DNA from: Epiperipatus broadwayi
Taxonomy: Eukaryota; Animalia; Onychophora
Assembly: GCA_028023455.1 (NCBI GenBank)
Contig: JAQFVV010000010.1
Span: 13,950,001 to 14,014,000 of the forward strand
Reading direction: 5' to 3'
DNA length: 64,000 bases
Shown here: positions 24,649 through 39,283 of the stretch, in pieces
Layout of the letters: every line of letters begins with the position of its first letter
Position numbering within the stretch: the first letter of the stretch is position 1
The notes under the pieces: generated by a model
Told to the model about the DNA's origin: nothing
Databases searched by the model: none
The model's input: only the letters and a program-made list of their open reading frames with translations
Position numbers and translations under genes: made by a program

Positions 24649-27224
24649 TTGATGTTGTACATCTTTTATTTTCTCTTCAATACTTGATTTAAATATTATT
24701 GAATCAGCATACCAGTCTTGAAATCTGAATGAGAAGTCAATATTTCTCTTCTCAAAAATAATATATGTAATTTTTGATGTCAATAGTGAATTTATATCAT
24801 GATAATAAAGGAATTTATTATTTTGCTTAATATCTATGTTCATAAAGATAATTTATTTTTGTACTAATAAAAATGCATATATTATATATATAGTATAATT
24901 TTCAATATTTTATGTATTTGATATTATTTGTATATTTGAAGATCTTAAATAAAACAAACCGGCAGTTTGGTATTTTTAAATTTCAAAAATTATGTTTTTT
25001 TTTTTTTGTCCTTATTTTCTCTAAATATGCTAGATTGAAATTCTATGCAAAAATAATTCTGAAATGTAAAATATGGTTATTAGTTTGAGAGTATTAGTTA
25101 ATTTAAATATCTTGGTAGCTTTTAGATAGAAAGTTGAAAGTAAGAACTTGGAATTGATGTGTAGTTCACATTCTCATATATGGTTAATGAATTTAGAAAG
25201 TTAAATGATAGGGGTTTATTGGTGAAATATTGCTGAAATAGATACAATGAAAACCTATAATTAGGCAAGATATTTCAGGCATTTAAAAAATAGCATTGCA
25301 ACGTATCAAATCAACAAATTAAAAATTAGTTTGTAACACATTTATTATTTATGGATTGGTTTGCAAAATTTAACTTTTTATATTCTATCTTTTTATCCTT
25401 ACCATTAATTTTTTCTGTCCATAGAATGACCTTACTCATTTGCACATGGATATTAACAATGATTTTAAATGAATTTACAGTAGTAATGTAAGCATATCAG
25501 ACCATAGATAAAAGCGGTACAACCTCTATTGTTAAAGGAGGCTGCCTTGACTACACGTTGAGATTGTTGATAGCTTAAAGATTGATTGTTACCATTAACA
25601 GTATAATCTTTATATGAATTACTTCTCAATGTACTTATATAAAATTGAAAAATTTCTACATACCTTTATATGTTCTAATACAGTTGTGTTGGAAATATAA
25701 AACAATTGCGTACACAAAGTCTTGGGCTATCATTCTTTGCATAATTCATTTTCTTACTGATTTTGTCAATTTTTTTCAGTCCAAAAAATTGGCATCATGT
25801 AAATATTAATTTTTCTTACATCCATTGCTTCATATTGACTTTTCTTCACACAAATTATAAGTTCCCAATATAACATTTTTTCGCATAGATAATTTTTTTT
25901 TATTTGCTAAATCATACAAATAAGATTACACCTGCATTTTATAATTAATTTGCTCATTATTGCATAATGTTCTTTAAATATTTTAATAAACTAAGGTAGA
26001 TACAAAATAAAATCTTACAATTTTCTAAAACATTTTGATTTCTTTGCTTATAATTTTTTTTTCATATTTCTTTTATATCTAAGAGCTTACTTATGAACAT
26101 AAAATAATTAAATGTAGTTTATTGAAATTTACTTAACATTTTTCAAAAATCAATTACAATATCATTCTCAGAATTAAAACAAAAATGGCTCCCCCCAACC
26201 CCTCTTTTTTTTCACCATAATGCACTAATTATCTTATTTAAAATATGTGTGATCTTTTTCTAATTAAATCAGCTACTGTTTTTGTTTGAAATAGTGAGGA
26301 AGGCAGATAATTCTGAAAAAAATAAAAATAAAATCAAAATTATCAGTCTTAGATTGACTTCAAATATACTAAACTTCTTATTTTGAATTGAGGCATAAAG
26401 TTTGCACAAAGAAAATATCCATAAGAAATTATTTTTTAAATAAAAATTAATTAGAAAATAAAACCAGATTGTTATTTTTTTTAGTAAGATTATTAAAAAT
26501 AATGCTGTTATCTAATCACTATAATTAATATTAACCTGTTTTTAAACATGAAATTGTAACATATTAAAATCATATATATATATATGCAAATAATAGGTGT
26601 GATATATTTTGAATTATATTATGAGTTGTAATATCTAAGTTGTTTTAATATATTTAAGCAATGAATAATAATCATCAAATTAGTCATAATTTTTATAGAT
26701 TTTTAATATTATCACTATTCTTTGTTTTATTGTCTCTATCCCCTTGAAAACCAATGAATCAAGGATTCACGCATTTAATAATCTTAATAGATCTCAGTAA
26801 ATTATCATTTCAGATTATATTTCTATTTAATTCATCTTAATATATTTTAGCACATATTCTTTTACATTCTAAGTATATTCTTCCAATTTTTCATATTTTT
26901 CCAAGTCATATCTTTATAGCCTCAAATCTTTTGTTTAAAATTTTAACTATATTCTTTCCATAGTCAACTTATGTTCTTTTATTCATTTTTATTGATTGTT
27001 TGACATTGTTGTATTACAAAATAAAACAAAATTTAATCTAATTTTATTTACATGTAATTCTAATATCACTATATATAGTACATATACATTTAAATTAAAA
27101 GCAAAAATCATTTAAGAATAGGATATAGAAAAATAACTGTAAAGGAACTTGGATTCTTCTATACTGAATAAGATCCAAGTGTAAAAGAAATCATTATATT
27201 ACTGGAATACTTATAGCTATAGAT

Positions 27225-29812
27225 CAAGTATGTCAAACTCATTCAAACAACAGGGCATTTATTGCGACTAGTAAGATTCTCGCGGGCCACATCACACAAA
27301 TTTTCTTAAAATTTTATTTTGAAATGAGAATACAGGAATATAGGTGGTGTAATTAAAGCATATTATGTAGTTTAGTGAATTCAGTTCAATAATATGCAAT
27401 TGATATAGTACTACTTTCATTTAAATTATTATTTTATTCGATTACATATTTATATAACTACAATTTATTGTTTTTACTGGAAACTTGCCAGCGCTTTCCT
27501 CCTAGTAGTTTTCCAATATCTTGATTCAAAGACTGAAAACAAACAATTTTCATTATGGCAGGTAGATGTTAATCTTGATCCGTAAGCTGTTTTATTTAAT
27601 TTTTTGCATGAAAATAATTGCTCACATCAGTATGTATTTCCAAAAAAGCATAAAATTTGTGCAGCAAATTTTTAAATTTTCGGGTATCTTTTACCTAAAT
27701 AGGAATATATTTTGGGAGTTCCTACTTCTCGATATTTGTTTTTTAAAATCGAATCACTCTGGAAATCAATTATTTCCAGTTAAGTTGGAGCTTTTTCAAC
27801 TTCAAAGGCAAAAGGTCTGTTAAAAAGAGAAAAAATTTCTTCTAACTCTTTGAAGTCATCAAAACGTAAATTCATTTTTTATTTTGAAACTGAGCATCTT
27901 TGATTTTGTGCTTTTAACTACTCACACATAAGAAAATATATCAAAACATTCTTTTGCAAATGATTTTTAAACAAATTCAGTTTTTGTACAAAGCTTGCAA
28001 TTGCATCTTACATGTTCATTATCAATTGATCTTTGCCTTGCAATGTAATATTAAAATTATGCAGATGGCCTGCAATATCTGTTAAAAATGCTAGGTCTTG
28101 TACCCACAATGGATCTTTTATAACTGATATATTTTCGTTGTTTTCATCTTTCATTTCAAAAAATAATATTATTTCCCCCAAAAGCAGAAAGAAGTTATTT
28201 AGGACATTGTTGCAGGACAATCAACAAACTTTTGTGTAATAAGGAAGGAACAAAGTAAATTGGCAATGGTTAAGTGCTCTCGATTGAACAAAGTTGATTA
28301 TCTTTGTAACTGTTTTAAGTACTTGGTCCATTTTTAATAATTTTAAACAGAGAACTTTGTTGGGGAATGAGGCAATGAAGAGTTTTGTTTTCGGTTTATC
28401 TGGATACTCATCTTATAATTTCCTTATCAGTCATGACACAAAACTTTTAGTTTCACCCATCATCGATTTAGTGCCATCAGTTGTCACAGAAACAAGCTTG
28501 TCAAGAGGCAAGTTAAATTTTTCTAAAATGCTCCATACTGCATCAAAAATATTTTCACCAGTTTTTCTGTGAAGAGGGATGAATTTCAACAATTCTTCGA
28601 TGATCCTCATGTTATTATCGCAACCATGAAAAAAAACCAGCAACTTGTGCAACATCCCTTATATCCATGCTTTCATCAATTGCAATTGAAAAGGAACTGG
28701 ATTTTGGTAGATATTTCCTGTAGTTACGAAGTGATGTCATCTGCCATTTCAGTAATTCTATCTGCTACCTTAATTCTTGATAATGAAATGTCTCAAAATG
28801 CCTGTACCTTTTCTGGACAGACAAATTTGGCAGCTTTTATCATACATTCCTTGATTAAAGAACCATCAGAGAATGATTTTGAATGGTTTGCTAATAAATA
28901 GCTTATTTCAGAACTAGGTCTTGTTACTGATTCATTGCTTTTCATGAATTTTATAAGCACTCCTTGCTGGCTACTTAATGAATTCTTCATTGTTTTTAAT
29001 TTTTCTTATCTTATTTTTGCTTCAAAGCACGGAAATTGTTCTTCGTGATTACTGCTATAATGTTGCTTAATGTTGTATTCTTTTGCGACACTAATTGTTT
29101 CTGTGCAAATTAAGCACATAATATTATTGTTCAATTCCACACAAAAATAGTTCAGTTCCCACCTTTCTTAAATTTTCTTCCTTCGTTATCAATCTTTCAT
29201 TTTTTATTTAGCATTGGAAGTGGCATTTTCTGTAATAAAAATAAGGCTTTAGATTTAAATTTTAAAAATTATAAAAATTGCAACTACGTTTACTTTCATT
29301 TTTTGAACGAGTTATAAAAGAAAACAACCCACAAATTTTTAACACACCCATCGGAACAAAGAAATTAGCGCAACTGCCTTTTGTTACAATTCTAAGAAAA
29401 ACCCAACATCTGCAGATAGGATTGCTATGTTGGCGCAAATAGCTGACTAAAGTTTAGCTGGAAGGTATTTATGTTCTCAGAAGCACAGCAGCACATTATT
29501 AATGTTGCCAGCTTTGGTGTTCATCATATATCAAATGCTTCATCATCATAAAAGCATGTCATCAAAAATATTTAGCTGTGTGTAACTGAGAATTATAAAT
29601 TAGCTATGTATGTAGCCAACAATTATTGTATATATTTTAGTTCATGTAATTAAATATAAAAGTTTGTTTTTTAAAAAGTGTTTTAAAATTAATTTATTGT
29701 TTGCAACATATTGTTCTGTTTTCATTTTATTGCATAGCACCTTAGCAGCGGGCCATGAAAAATCACGTCTAGGACTGCATGCGGTCTGTGGGCTGCCAGT
29801 TTGACATGTCAG
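27225..29812 (-). mobile_element. hAT transposon with decayed GTF2IRD2/Spin-Buster-like transposase
   Basis: TIR cores ATGTCAAACT; TSD CTATAGAT / CTGTAGAT. Fragments CLICTETISVAKEYNIKQHY, SKSFSDGSLIKECM, LVSVTTDG, DLAFLTDIAGHL..NITLQGK; several stops and frameshifts. Confidence 0.9.
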
Positions 29813-30417
29813 CTGTAGATTATTGATCGGATTATAGATTTGAATGTTTTAAGATTAAAGTTATAATGGTATTTCAAAAAGTAGACTGTTATTTGTGCTA
29901 GATTTTAATAGGTATTAAATAATATGTAATATAGGGAGCGTACCAAAATCTGGGGAAAGAATATTCTAGATAGAGAGTTTAAATATTTTCTCTTACTGCA
30001 CTTATTAAAGAAAAGCTTGTTTGAGTTATTGGTAAGCTCCCTATATTACACATTTGTAAATACACGCTTTTAAAAGCAATGTCACATTATATATGACTTG
30101 CTTTATTGACTATTAAATAATAATATTGCTAATATAGAATGTTGGATTAGAGCTAAAAGTTTTTGATCCAATTATCAGCTGAATAATAAATTAATCTTAT
30201 GATGATTATTCTTTTATTATCAGAAGCAGAAACAGTATTTGAAATTTTAATTATGGTTGAGATTTTTATGTTTTTGTCATGAAGCATATATCTTTGCATA
30301 GGGTGAGGAACAATAGTTAATGATTTTATTTTATAAGAGATAAATAAATGTTTCAGTTGGTAGCACTCGAATCAGAACTGTTGTTTATGGCAGGAAATAA
30401 TATTTGCTACATATATA

Positions 30418-31031
30418 TTAGTCTGGCGGTGAGATTTCTCATATGTATTAGTCCGGCAATATTTATTGACCTATAATTTTATTTACTGGAAATGATGCAA
30501 ACATCTTCTAACACACATTTACGTTTTTTGTGAGAAATTTATCTTCCTCCATCTAAACTTATAAAGATTTTTTGTTTTGAAAAATGGCCGCCTATAACTT
30601 TATTTAGTGGAAATGAAGCACATGCATTTATATTTTTGCGAGAAATGATCTTCCAAGAAGTAAATTTTTAACAGTCTAAATCTATTACAAACGGTAATCA
30701 CATCAAATAAAAAATATACATATATGGAACCATGCAATTATGTCCATTTGTTTTTTAGCATCACTGCTGTTGATTGAACTTTTTATGTTGAACGTTCCGT
30801 TACAAATGGCTACTCTCTTTCGACACTTCTGAACAAAACACCACCATTGTTTGGATTAAAATTAGCTGCAAAATCAACATTTTGACTAACAACTTTCTTC
30901 TCGTTGGAATATCATCTAATATTCACTTACAAAATTAGTTCTTTTCTTTTTTTAGAAGATTATAAATATGTTTAATTCAGTCCTTATATACACAATTGTT
31001 TGTGTGGCAACTTTCATCACCGCTGGACTAA
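30418..31031. mobile_element. Tc1/mariner-type non-autonomous element
   Basis: Terminal inverted repeats TTAGTCTGGCGGTGA / TCACCGCTGGACTAA, each flanked by TA. Confidence 0.6.
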
Positions 31032-32485
31032 TACATAAGTACTCAATATTTTTTTTATATATGCTGTTTTGTAAATAAATACATGTTCTATGGAAAAATT
31101 ACTGTTATTTATCATATTAGCAAAATGCTTTTAGGTAGAGAACATTTTTATATGTGATCATTTTTAAAGTCTATGTACATATCAATATATATAGCTAACA
31201 TTACACTTTTTGTAAGAAATGATATAGAACTTTTATTTGATAATAACATATCTTTGTATTTGTAGTATCTGAATGATAATCACGTTCTTCTTCTTACTTT
31301 AATGTCATACATGTAGTAATTACATTAGTTACAGTTTAAGATCTTTGAATATTACCAATATCTAAAAGCAGTTGAAAAGAGTATTATTGACACAGATCAT
31401 TTCCCCACTTTTCTGTTGTTTTTGTTTAACCATTAAAATTATTAAATACTAATGTTTTCTCAATAACATTCCAAATAAAGGTCAGTTTTTTTTTGTAAGC
31501 ATATCTTTTATGTATTGTTTAGAAACCATAATGCATAGTAAACATTAAAATAAGGTATTCACCATAGAGTTAAAATTAGATTTTAATAATGTTTTATGTA
31601 AATTGAATATGAAATAAAATTTTTATTTGTTTCTATATTACTATTATACAATATTTATGATTTTTTTTTTTTAAAAAGAAAAAGAAAAATAAGATTATTA
31701 TAATTTAATATTGAAAATTGCAATGTACAGATTTAATTCGTAAAATCAGCGATATTTCTTGCTTTCTGGGTATGAATTGTTAAATAAATTAATGATGTTG
31801 GATTTAGATATTTAATATGCAAATTAATCTACTAAATATGGGGATTATCTGTTTATTGATTTTGCTTTGACTTTTTATGGCTCTGGATCAAGGACTCTGA
31901 ATTAAATAATATTGACATACATTTTGATAAAGCGTAATAAAACATGAGATTCAGTCTTAAACTGTAGCAGCTGTTAGAAAAGTAAGAGGGATATTAATAG
32001 CTATTATCTCATTACCTTAGGTAATCTTAATGATTATTACAATTTTAAATATTTTCTGAACATAAACAAGCCATCACCCTATTCATTTTTTAAAATTTAC
32101 ATAAATACTTTATATGGTAATTTGAGCGGGAAAATATTGTCATCTTTTACCTTTTTCTTCTCCATTTAATCAGCTAGTTTGTTGAAACTCTTGTATACTT
32201 TAACATATCTTGAAAAAGAGATTGTTTTGGCCATATAACTGTCCTATTTTTTTTCTTCTTTTAAACTCGATATCAAAAATTTCCATGTTCTAGTTTTATT
32301 TAGACTATATATATGTTTATTGTAACAATTGGTTTTATTATTTTGCGATGTAGCTGCAGGAAAGATTATTACTATGCAATAAGATACTACGACCAAGCAA
32401 TAAATTTATGTCATCTTTGATTGTTGCATTTGCTTACCACTATTCTTGGCCTGAACATGGTTTGATTAACGAGACAATAGATTAT

Positions 32486-32780
32486 AAAACTCTTCATACA
32501 GTATTGCCGAGTGCAAGTCTTTATAATCAATGGATGTAGGAAGGTTTGTGCATCAAATCCCTCATGCCCAAACCTTCCTGTATCCATTGATTATGAAGGC
32601 TTGCACTTGGTCACACCACTTTATGGTGAATTTTAATGAGTAGGTGTTAGATAGGGACAAGCCTTCTAGCATCTATTGATTATGAAGGCTTGCACTTGGT
32701 GGCACTACTGTATGGAGAGTTTGGTACTCTTATTAGCAACATACGTAAGTGTATGAAATGGTGATCATGTGATGTTTTGA
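32486..32780. repeat. Family A variant: short fold-back (32507-32547 / 32570-32610) plus direct repeat, no ribozyme core
   Basis: ATTGATTATGAAGGCTTGCACTTGG occurs twice; ends in GGTGATCATGTGATGTTT. Confidence 0.8.
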
Positions 32781-33685
32781 TGGTTTTCAGTCAATAGATT
32801 ACTATGACTAAATGGTAACAATTATACATAATAGTTTGTCATTGTTTGATATGTTTTTTTTAATTTATTTTAACATCTTAAATTTTAGGCTACATATTAT
32901 AACTAAGAAGCATCTAACCATAATATGCATATTTAAGAACAATGAAATATTGATATGTGAAGAATTTTTATTAATCAATATTGATCTACTGCTGGATGAA
33001 GACTGGATTTAATCCAATTTTATATATCTATAATTTCTTCATTTCAAACAAATTTGTTTGTCAATAGAAAGAGCTACAGATAAAGAAAGGAAAAACTATG
33101 TCAGATGATTATTAATAAAAAGAAGAGTGAGAATATCAGCTGTATAAAGAATTTAATGAATAAATTATGTAGGCAATGAAAAGTGTAGTATTGACTCGAT
33201 AGTAATAGCTTAAAATTTTGATTGCTAGATATAATTTTGGCTGAAAATTTAATGTCATTATAAGCAAATTAAATTAGATTATGATTTGCCCCAACTGATG
33301 GGTGCTTATTCTGCATGAAACACGTATATTGGGGATCATCTATCAAATTAAATAATGTTGGTTTTATGAGCATCATTGTGTTTCACTTATGTGTAATTAG
33401 ATTTCAGAATTAATCTCGTTTGGAAGCTTAATACCTATTTCTATCTAAAATAAGTTTGTTGCCTTAAAAATATGATACATTTCATACCAGTATTTTTTTG
33501 ATGGTTTGTGACAATGATATTTTAGTATTAATTATAAGTTGGACTATTTCCATCATCTAATATTAAATATTGAATGTCTATAGAAAAATTCAAGTTTATT
33601 TCAACTTTCCAAATACATTTAACTACTGGTTATAGTATTACCTTAAAATTCAACATTCACTTATCTAACAAGGTCTGGGTGCTTT

Positions 33686-33930
33686 TGGAAAATAGCTCAG
33701 TTGGTTAGAGCAATAATGTTAATGAATCTGAAAGATTCAAATTCGATGTGTCTCTGATCAGGCCAGCTACACATGAAAAAGAGAATAATACTATTCAAAA
33801 CATGTTCTATACTTCCTGTGTATTATTTTTACTGATTGAATGTATCTGGAAAGTTTAAATACAGTTTGAATTTTTCTAAAGACATTCAATATTTAATATT
33901 AGATGATGGAAATAGTCCAATATATAAGTA
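33686..33930 (+). mobile_element. tRNA-headed SINE-like repeat (family F), older copy
   Basis: TAGCTCAGTTGGTTAGAGC head and body shared with 17478-17870. Confidence 0.65.
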
Positions 33931-35753
33931 ATAATATTCCATATCAGTGATGTACATTATATTACTATAGGATTTTTGTTGTTTAGCAGTACATGAATAT
34001 TTACTTGATCAATACAAATCCTCAAACTAAAAATAGTTATGAACTAACTACATGAAAGAAAAATCTGTAGTCTGATTACAAGTCAGTGCGATTTACTATT
34101 GAATCTGTTTTCATTATCATTTGATTGTACAAATATCATACAATATTCTAAGCAATATTGTCATATTAAATTATTTCTATCTGCTGATCACTTAGGATGT
34201 GTGTGCATATATGTGTATCCATACAGGACAGTTTCATGTGCATTGATATATATCAATGTATTGTATTTTCTAAATACGTTCATCCACACATATATGTATA
34301 ATATTATTTCTTTAAATTCAGTTGTTCATGGATGAGGTATTAATTAATTGAATTTTGGTTTTGAATATTAAATTTATTTGTAAATGAAGTTTTAAAGACA
34401 GAAAAATGCAAAAAAAAATTATAATCAATACTAGTTGTGAATTTTAATTATCCTTTAAAGGAAATGATTTTTAATAAACTGAATATTGTATCACTTTCTT
34501 ATACCTTATTAAGTATTTATAAAATTGTGAATCATTATAGACTAAGGAATTTATTTTAAGAAAACGTTTTATTTTTCTTTCATTAAGAGTATATTACTTC
34601 TTCACTTTCTCTTTTTTTTTTTTGCCTTTTCTGAAAAAGTTAAATTATTCTTTTAATAAGTTTTATATCCGGCCAAATTTGAACTTATAAAATTAATTAA
34701 GATGCTTGCAAGAATATACATGCATAAAAATTCAAAAATGGAGCCGGAAGTAATTAACAATCATGAATAAACTATAAACTTTTATATATATTTTGTATAG
34801 TTATGCATATCACATTTAAATAATTAAAAGGATTTATTATTCATATAAATTTATCAGAGAAGGGTCTCTTGCCATAATGATTAACACATCTGCGTCAATT
34901 TCCATGATCTGGATGGAATTTAAATGAACATCTATATATTGATTATAAAAAAAAAAGTATAATTATAATGTGATGCAGTTCTTACTCTGGTGTATGTGGT
35001 TGACTCCTAAATAGGATTAAGTCCATAGGTACTTGGATTGCATTAAAGGGTATCGAGGAATGATTAGTTAACACTAATGGTGATTAAATATATTGGCTTT
35101 ATTCCTGGATTTGCATTCAACAAAGACACACACACACATATATATATATATATACCCACACAATCATTATATGTATTGAGATAACTAGGAAGAGGAGTAT
35201 TATCATTGATAATATTTGATCATATGGTTTCTATTGTTTGGGATTTTTTTAACATCATTTTTATTTTGCTACTTAATATTTAAAGCTATATCATAAGATT
35301 TAATGAATTCTTTTGGAGAATTGTTGAGATATATAATATTTATAAGCTATAATAGTCTTTACATAGTCATTTCAGGGCAACAACTCCCCAAAGAGAAATG
35401 TGAAGATATTACTCACCAGTTGGTGAATTTCAAACAAATTTTCTTTTCTAGTAAGAATAGTTCTCTACATGATTTGATGCAGTGGTAGAATGGCACTTGA
35501 GTTCTTAAAGTCTATGGATCATGCCCAGCTCAATCACTTCTGGTATTTGAACTTCCCATAAACTCTTAAGCAATAAAGATATTTGGTTATTTATTTATTT
35601 ATTTAATCAATTTGAATTTTTAAAAAATATCAAAATTTGTTGTAACCTGCATTTGAACCCAAGATCATGGGTGTTGCATATAAATCAGCTAACTACTTCA
35701 CCATAAGGTGCTTTTGCATAATACAAACACTTTCGTAACTAATAATAGTTACA

Positions 35754-36040
35754 TTTTTTTGTATTAAATGCTTTTATTGACCGTAGAAAGGAAGAAAAAA
35801 AATGTTTCTTCAACTACAATTGGGGTTTTTTAGATTTAACTTCAAATAAAAGCATGAGAAAGTCCAGAAAATAAGTCAATTCCTTGTTATAAAAAATAGA
35901 GATTAACTTAATTAATTTCTGGATCCCCTCTCCCATGCTTTTATTTAAAGTTAAATTTAATAATCCCAATTGTAGTTGAAGAAGCATTTATTTTTTCATT
36001 TTAGTGCTCAATCAATAAAAGCATTTAATATAAAAAAAAT
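35754..36040. repeat. AT-rich imperfect inverted repeat, MITE-like
   Basis: TATTAAATGCTTTTATTGA / TCAATAAAAGCATTTAATA and CTTCAACTACAATTGGG / CCCAATTGTAGTTGAAG pairs. Confidence 0.7.
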
Positions 36041-38065
36041 TTTTATCTATTATTTTTGTATTTTAAAATTGGCACCATAAATTGACTAGACACTTATAGT
36101 TGATATATATGTCACTAGATATTTCTAAAATTAAAATGTTTATCCTTATGTATATATGATATTTAGTATGTGTACATAATATATAAGTGATTAAAAATAT
36201 GAAATATTCAAGTGAAAAATGTTTAACATTTTTACTTAATTTTTTTTTTAAAAAATGACATCTATTTAAAAAATGTATCAGTTTCATAAACATTTTAAAC
36301 AAATGTACAAAATTTCAACAAGTTATATTGAACTTGAATACATTAAATGCCAATTTTTAAAATTAAAAAAAAAATTATACTGCTCTCTAGCTAGTTAATA
36401 AATAAACAAATAAATACAGATTTTTCAACTTCAGTAAAAGCATTTAAAAAGTATATTTGCTACATTTTTATATACATGACAAATGGAAATTTTTTTGAGG
36501 AAAGCAAGTTATTTATTTTTGTTGCTGATTGACTGCTCCATTTTATTTATTTTCATATCCCTTTTACAAAGTTTCATTGATAGCAGAATGTGATAATGTG
36601 TCCTTAAATATATGAAAGTTTAGCATTACCATTTTGTATTAAAATATCTTTTATTTGAAAAGTTTTTTAGGTTTTATAAATATTATAAACTTTATTTCTG
36701 AATTTTTGGATTATTAGTTAATAATAGTTAGGAACCAATTAGAGAAGAGGATAATTTATATGCCAAAAGTGTAGGCAGAGTTTCTTCTTCATGCATTTCT
36801 GATTTATCAGAAGATATATCCTTTTTTTTCAGTTTATTCTCTATTTGATTCGTGATTTATTACATTTTTATTTATTTGATTCATAATTTTTTATATTTTT
36901 AATGGAAAATAACTATTTTTTTTTTTTTTTAGATAATCATTTATTAATATCAAAATTGTTGGGTATATGCTGCATTTCATAAAATCACTCAAATGAAAAT
37001 GAATTTGTCAATATATTTTTTTTCAGAAAAGTATTGTTGTAAGGAAATGATAAGAATACAATAATTAGATTCATTTGATATTGAAAGCTTTACTCCATTA
37101 AATTATAATTTTTTGAAATTTTAATAAGCTAGATTGTCTTACTAAAAAGAAAAATAAAGGAAGATATATATGATTAAAAATTAGATTTTTTTTTTTTTTT
37201 ATAATTCCTCTGTAAATAAAAAATTTACAAAATAATTATTATAATGTATCATTAGTATTTTGATTTCTATTGCCATTTCAATTTTTTTTAAATAATTGAA
37301 TTCATTGATTCTAAGTTTGAAGCCAAGATGCCTTTATTTTCTTTTTATCATATACTTAATATTGATAAGATATTTTCTAATTATTTTTTCTATACAAGTT
37401 AATCACCATTAATCTTAGATTTTTCATCATTGATGAATTAAAAATTTTGCTGGATTAATCTTTTCTCAGGGATTAAATGTAATTAAAACTAGGTTTAAAA
37501 TGTTTGATTTATTTGTTTGGTATATGCAACCTTTACATTGAATAGAGTTGGTAGCAAAATTAAATTATTTTTTTGTAATTAATATTTAAAGTATTTATAA
37601 AAGTAATTAAAACATTATTTTAAAGATATATTTAAATTGTATTAAGAAAAAAACAACAACATATAAACCTAAGCCTCCAATTAATATCAAATATGTAACA
37701 TAAAATTATATATTTTTATTAATAAAAATATCATTGAAATAAATGGAAGTATATTTGATGTAAAAAATAAGCTTTGAAATTAAATTAAAATTTACTTTTT
37801 GTCTTGACAAATTTAAGAGTTATGCAATAATAAAACAATATACTGTTTACTCTCATTATACATCTCTTGAGTTTAAAGTACTAAGCTCCTAAAAACTATT
37901 AATTCTAAACATCACATGATCACCATTTCCATACTAGCACATAATTGTTGTAAACAAAGGCAAAACTCTCCATACAGTAGTGCCACCCTGTGCCAAACAG
38001 AGTAATCAATGGATGCCAGAAGGCTTGTGCATAAAATCCCTATCTAGTGCCTACTCATCCAATAT

Positions 38066-38105
38066 CCCCAGTTTAGTTTCTGGCTTGTGGCCATCATCAG
38101 TGAGG
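38066..38105 (-). ncRNA. Family A hammerhead with mutated cleavage triplet
   Basis: CCTCA CTGATGA TGGC-CACAA-GCCA GAAAC TA AAC TGGGG (GTC replaced by AAC). Confidence 0.7.
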
Positions 38106-38596
38106 AGCCTTGGATCTGAGAGCACTGCACCTAGATCTTAGGATCTAATGCAACCCTCCAGCAGCCACCTTTTACTCTACTTTACTACAAAACTATGAGA
38201 ATGAAATTGAAAACCTTGTTAATATCTTCAATCTAAGCTCAATAGCCTATATAGTCATATGGGTCTGAACTCAATTCAGCACCCATACATTTTGGTGTCT
38301 TTGGCTCTTAAACAACCATGTGGTTATCATGTGATGTTTAGTAGTTTAACACCAATCCTGCCTAATGGGATAGTGGTGGCTATGGTTGTTTAAGAGCCAA
38401 AGACACCAAAATGTATGGGTGCTGAATTGAGTTCAGACCCATATGACTATATAGGCTATTGAGCTTAGATTGAAGATATTAACAATGTTTTCAATTTCAT
38501 TCTCATAGTTTTGTAGTAAAGTAGAGTTAAAAGGTGACTTCTGGAGGGTTGCATTAGATCCTAAGATCTAGGTGCAGTGCTCTCAGATCCAAGGCT

Positions 38597-38635
38597 CCTC
38601 ACTGATGATGCCACAAGCCAGAAACTAGTCTGAGG
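38597..38635 (+). ncRNA. Family A hammerhead, near intact (1-nt deletion in stem II), predicted cleavage after C38630
   Basis: CCTCA CTGATGA TGC-CACAA-GCCA GAAAC TA GTC TGAGG; perfect 5-bp stem I. Confidence 0.8.
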
Positions 38636-39189
38636 ATATTGGATGAGTAGGCACTAGATAGGGATTTTATGCACAAGCCTTCTGGCATCCATTGATTACT
38701 CAGTTTGGCACAGGGTGGCTCTACTGTATGGAGAGTTTTGCCTTTGTTTACAACTATTAATTCTAATGTGTATTGCATAAACAGTGGAACCACAACTCCG
38801 CAGTATCTAAATACATAACTTCAATTATAAGCTTGCCAAAGAAAAATGTAAACAAACAATTGTAAATAAACAATTTTAAAAAAAAACATTAAAATTCTAT
38901 AATTTAATATTTCAGCAGCATTATTATTTCTCTGAGCACCATTCAGGATTATATTTACATGAATAAATTTCTTTGGTTTATATTGAAAGCTCATATCTTT
39001 TATTTTTTCCCAAATTTGATGTGCTACATTTTGCATAATAAATTATTTACTAAGGGAAAATACTTAAATATAATATTGCCTTAAAAGAAATAAAGATGGA
39101 ATTTCTTAGATTGATCTATTGTTTCTAAAAAAAAAAAGTTGTTAAAAAAAATAAATCGCCCCAAGTGTTATTTTGAAAATAAGTTTTTG

Positions 39190-39283
39190 TTTTTTTTCAT
39201 ATGTCAAATGCGTTGACCGGGAAACGAACATGGGCCAGCTGTTTGGAAGGCAGCTATGCTAACCACTAGGCCACCAACGTTCG
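39190..39283 (-). mobile_element. tRNA-Gly(TCC)-derived SINE / pseudogene
   Basis: CGTTGGTGGCCTAGTGGTTAGCATAGCTGCCTTCCAAACAG...GTTCGTTTCCCGGTCAACGCATTTGACATATG + A-tail. Confidence 0.85.

Larger units (their letters stand above)
37909..38751. mobile_element. Family A large fold-back insertion (~373-bp arms, 62-nt spacer) with 15-bp TSD
   Basis: Arms 37947-38319 / 38382-38755 with about 10 differences by manual alignment; TSD AACTATTAATTCTAA at 37894-37908 and 38752-38766. Confidence 0.93.
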
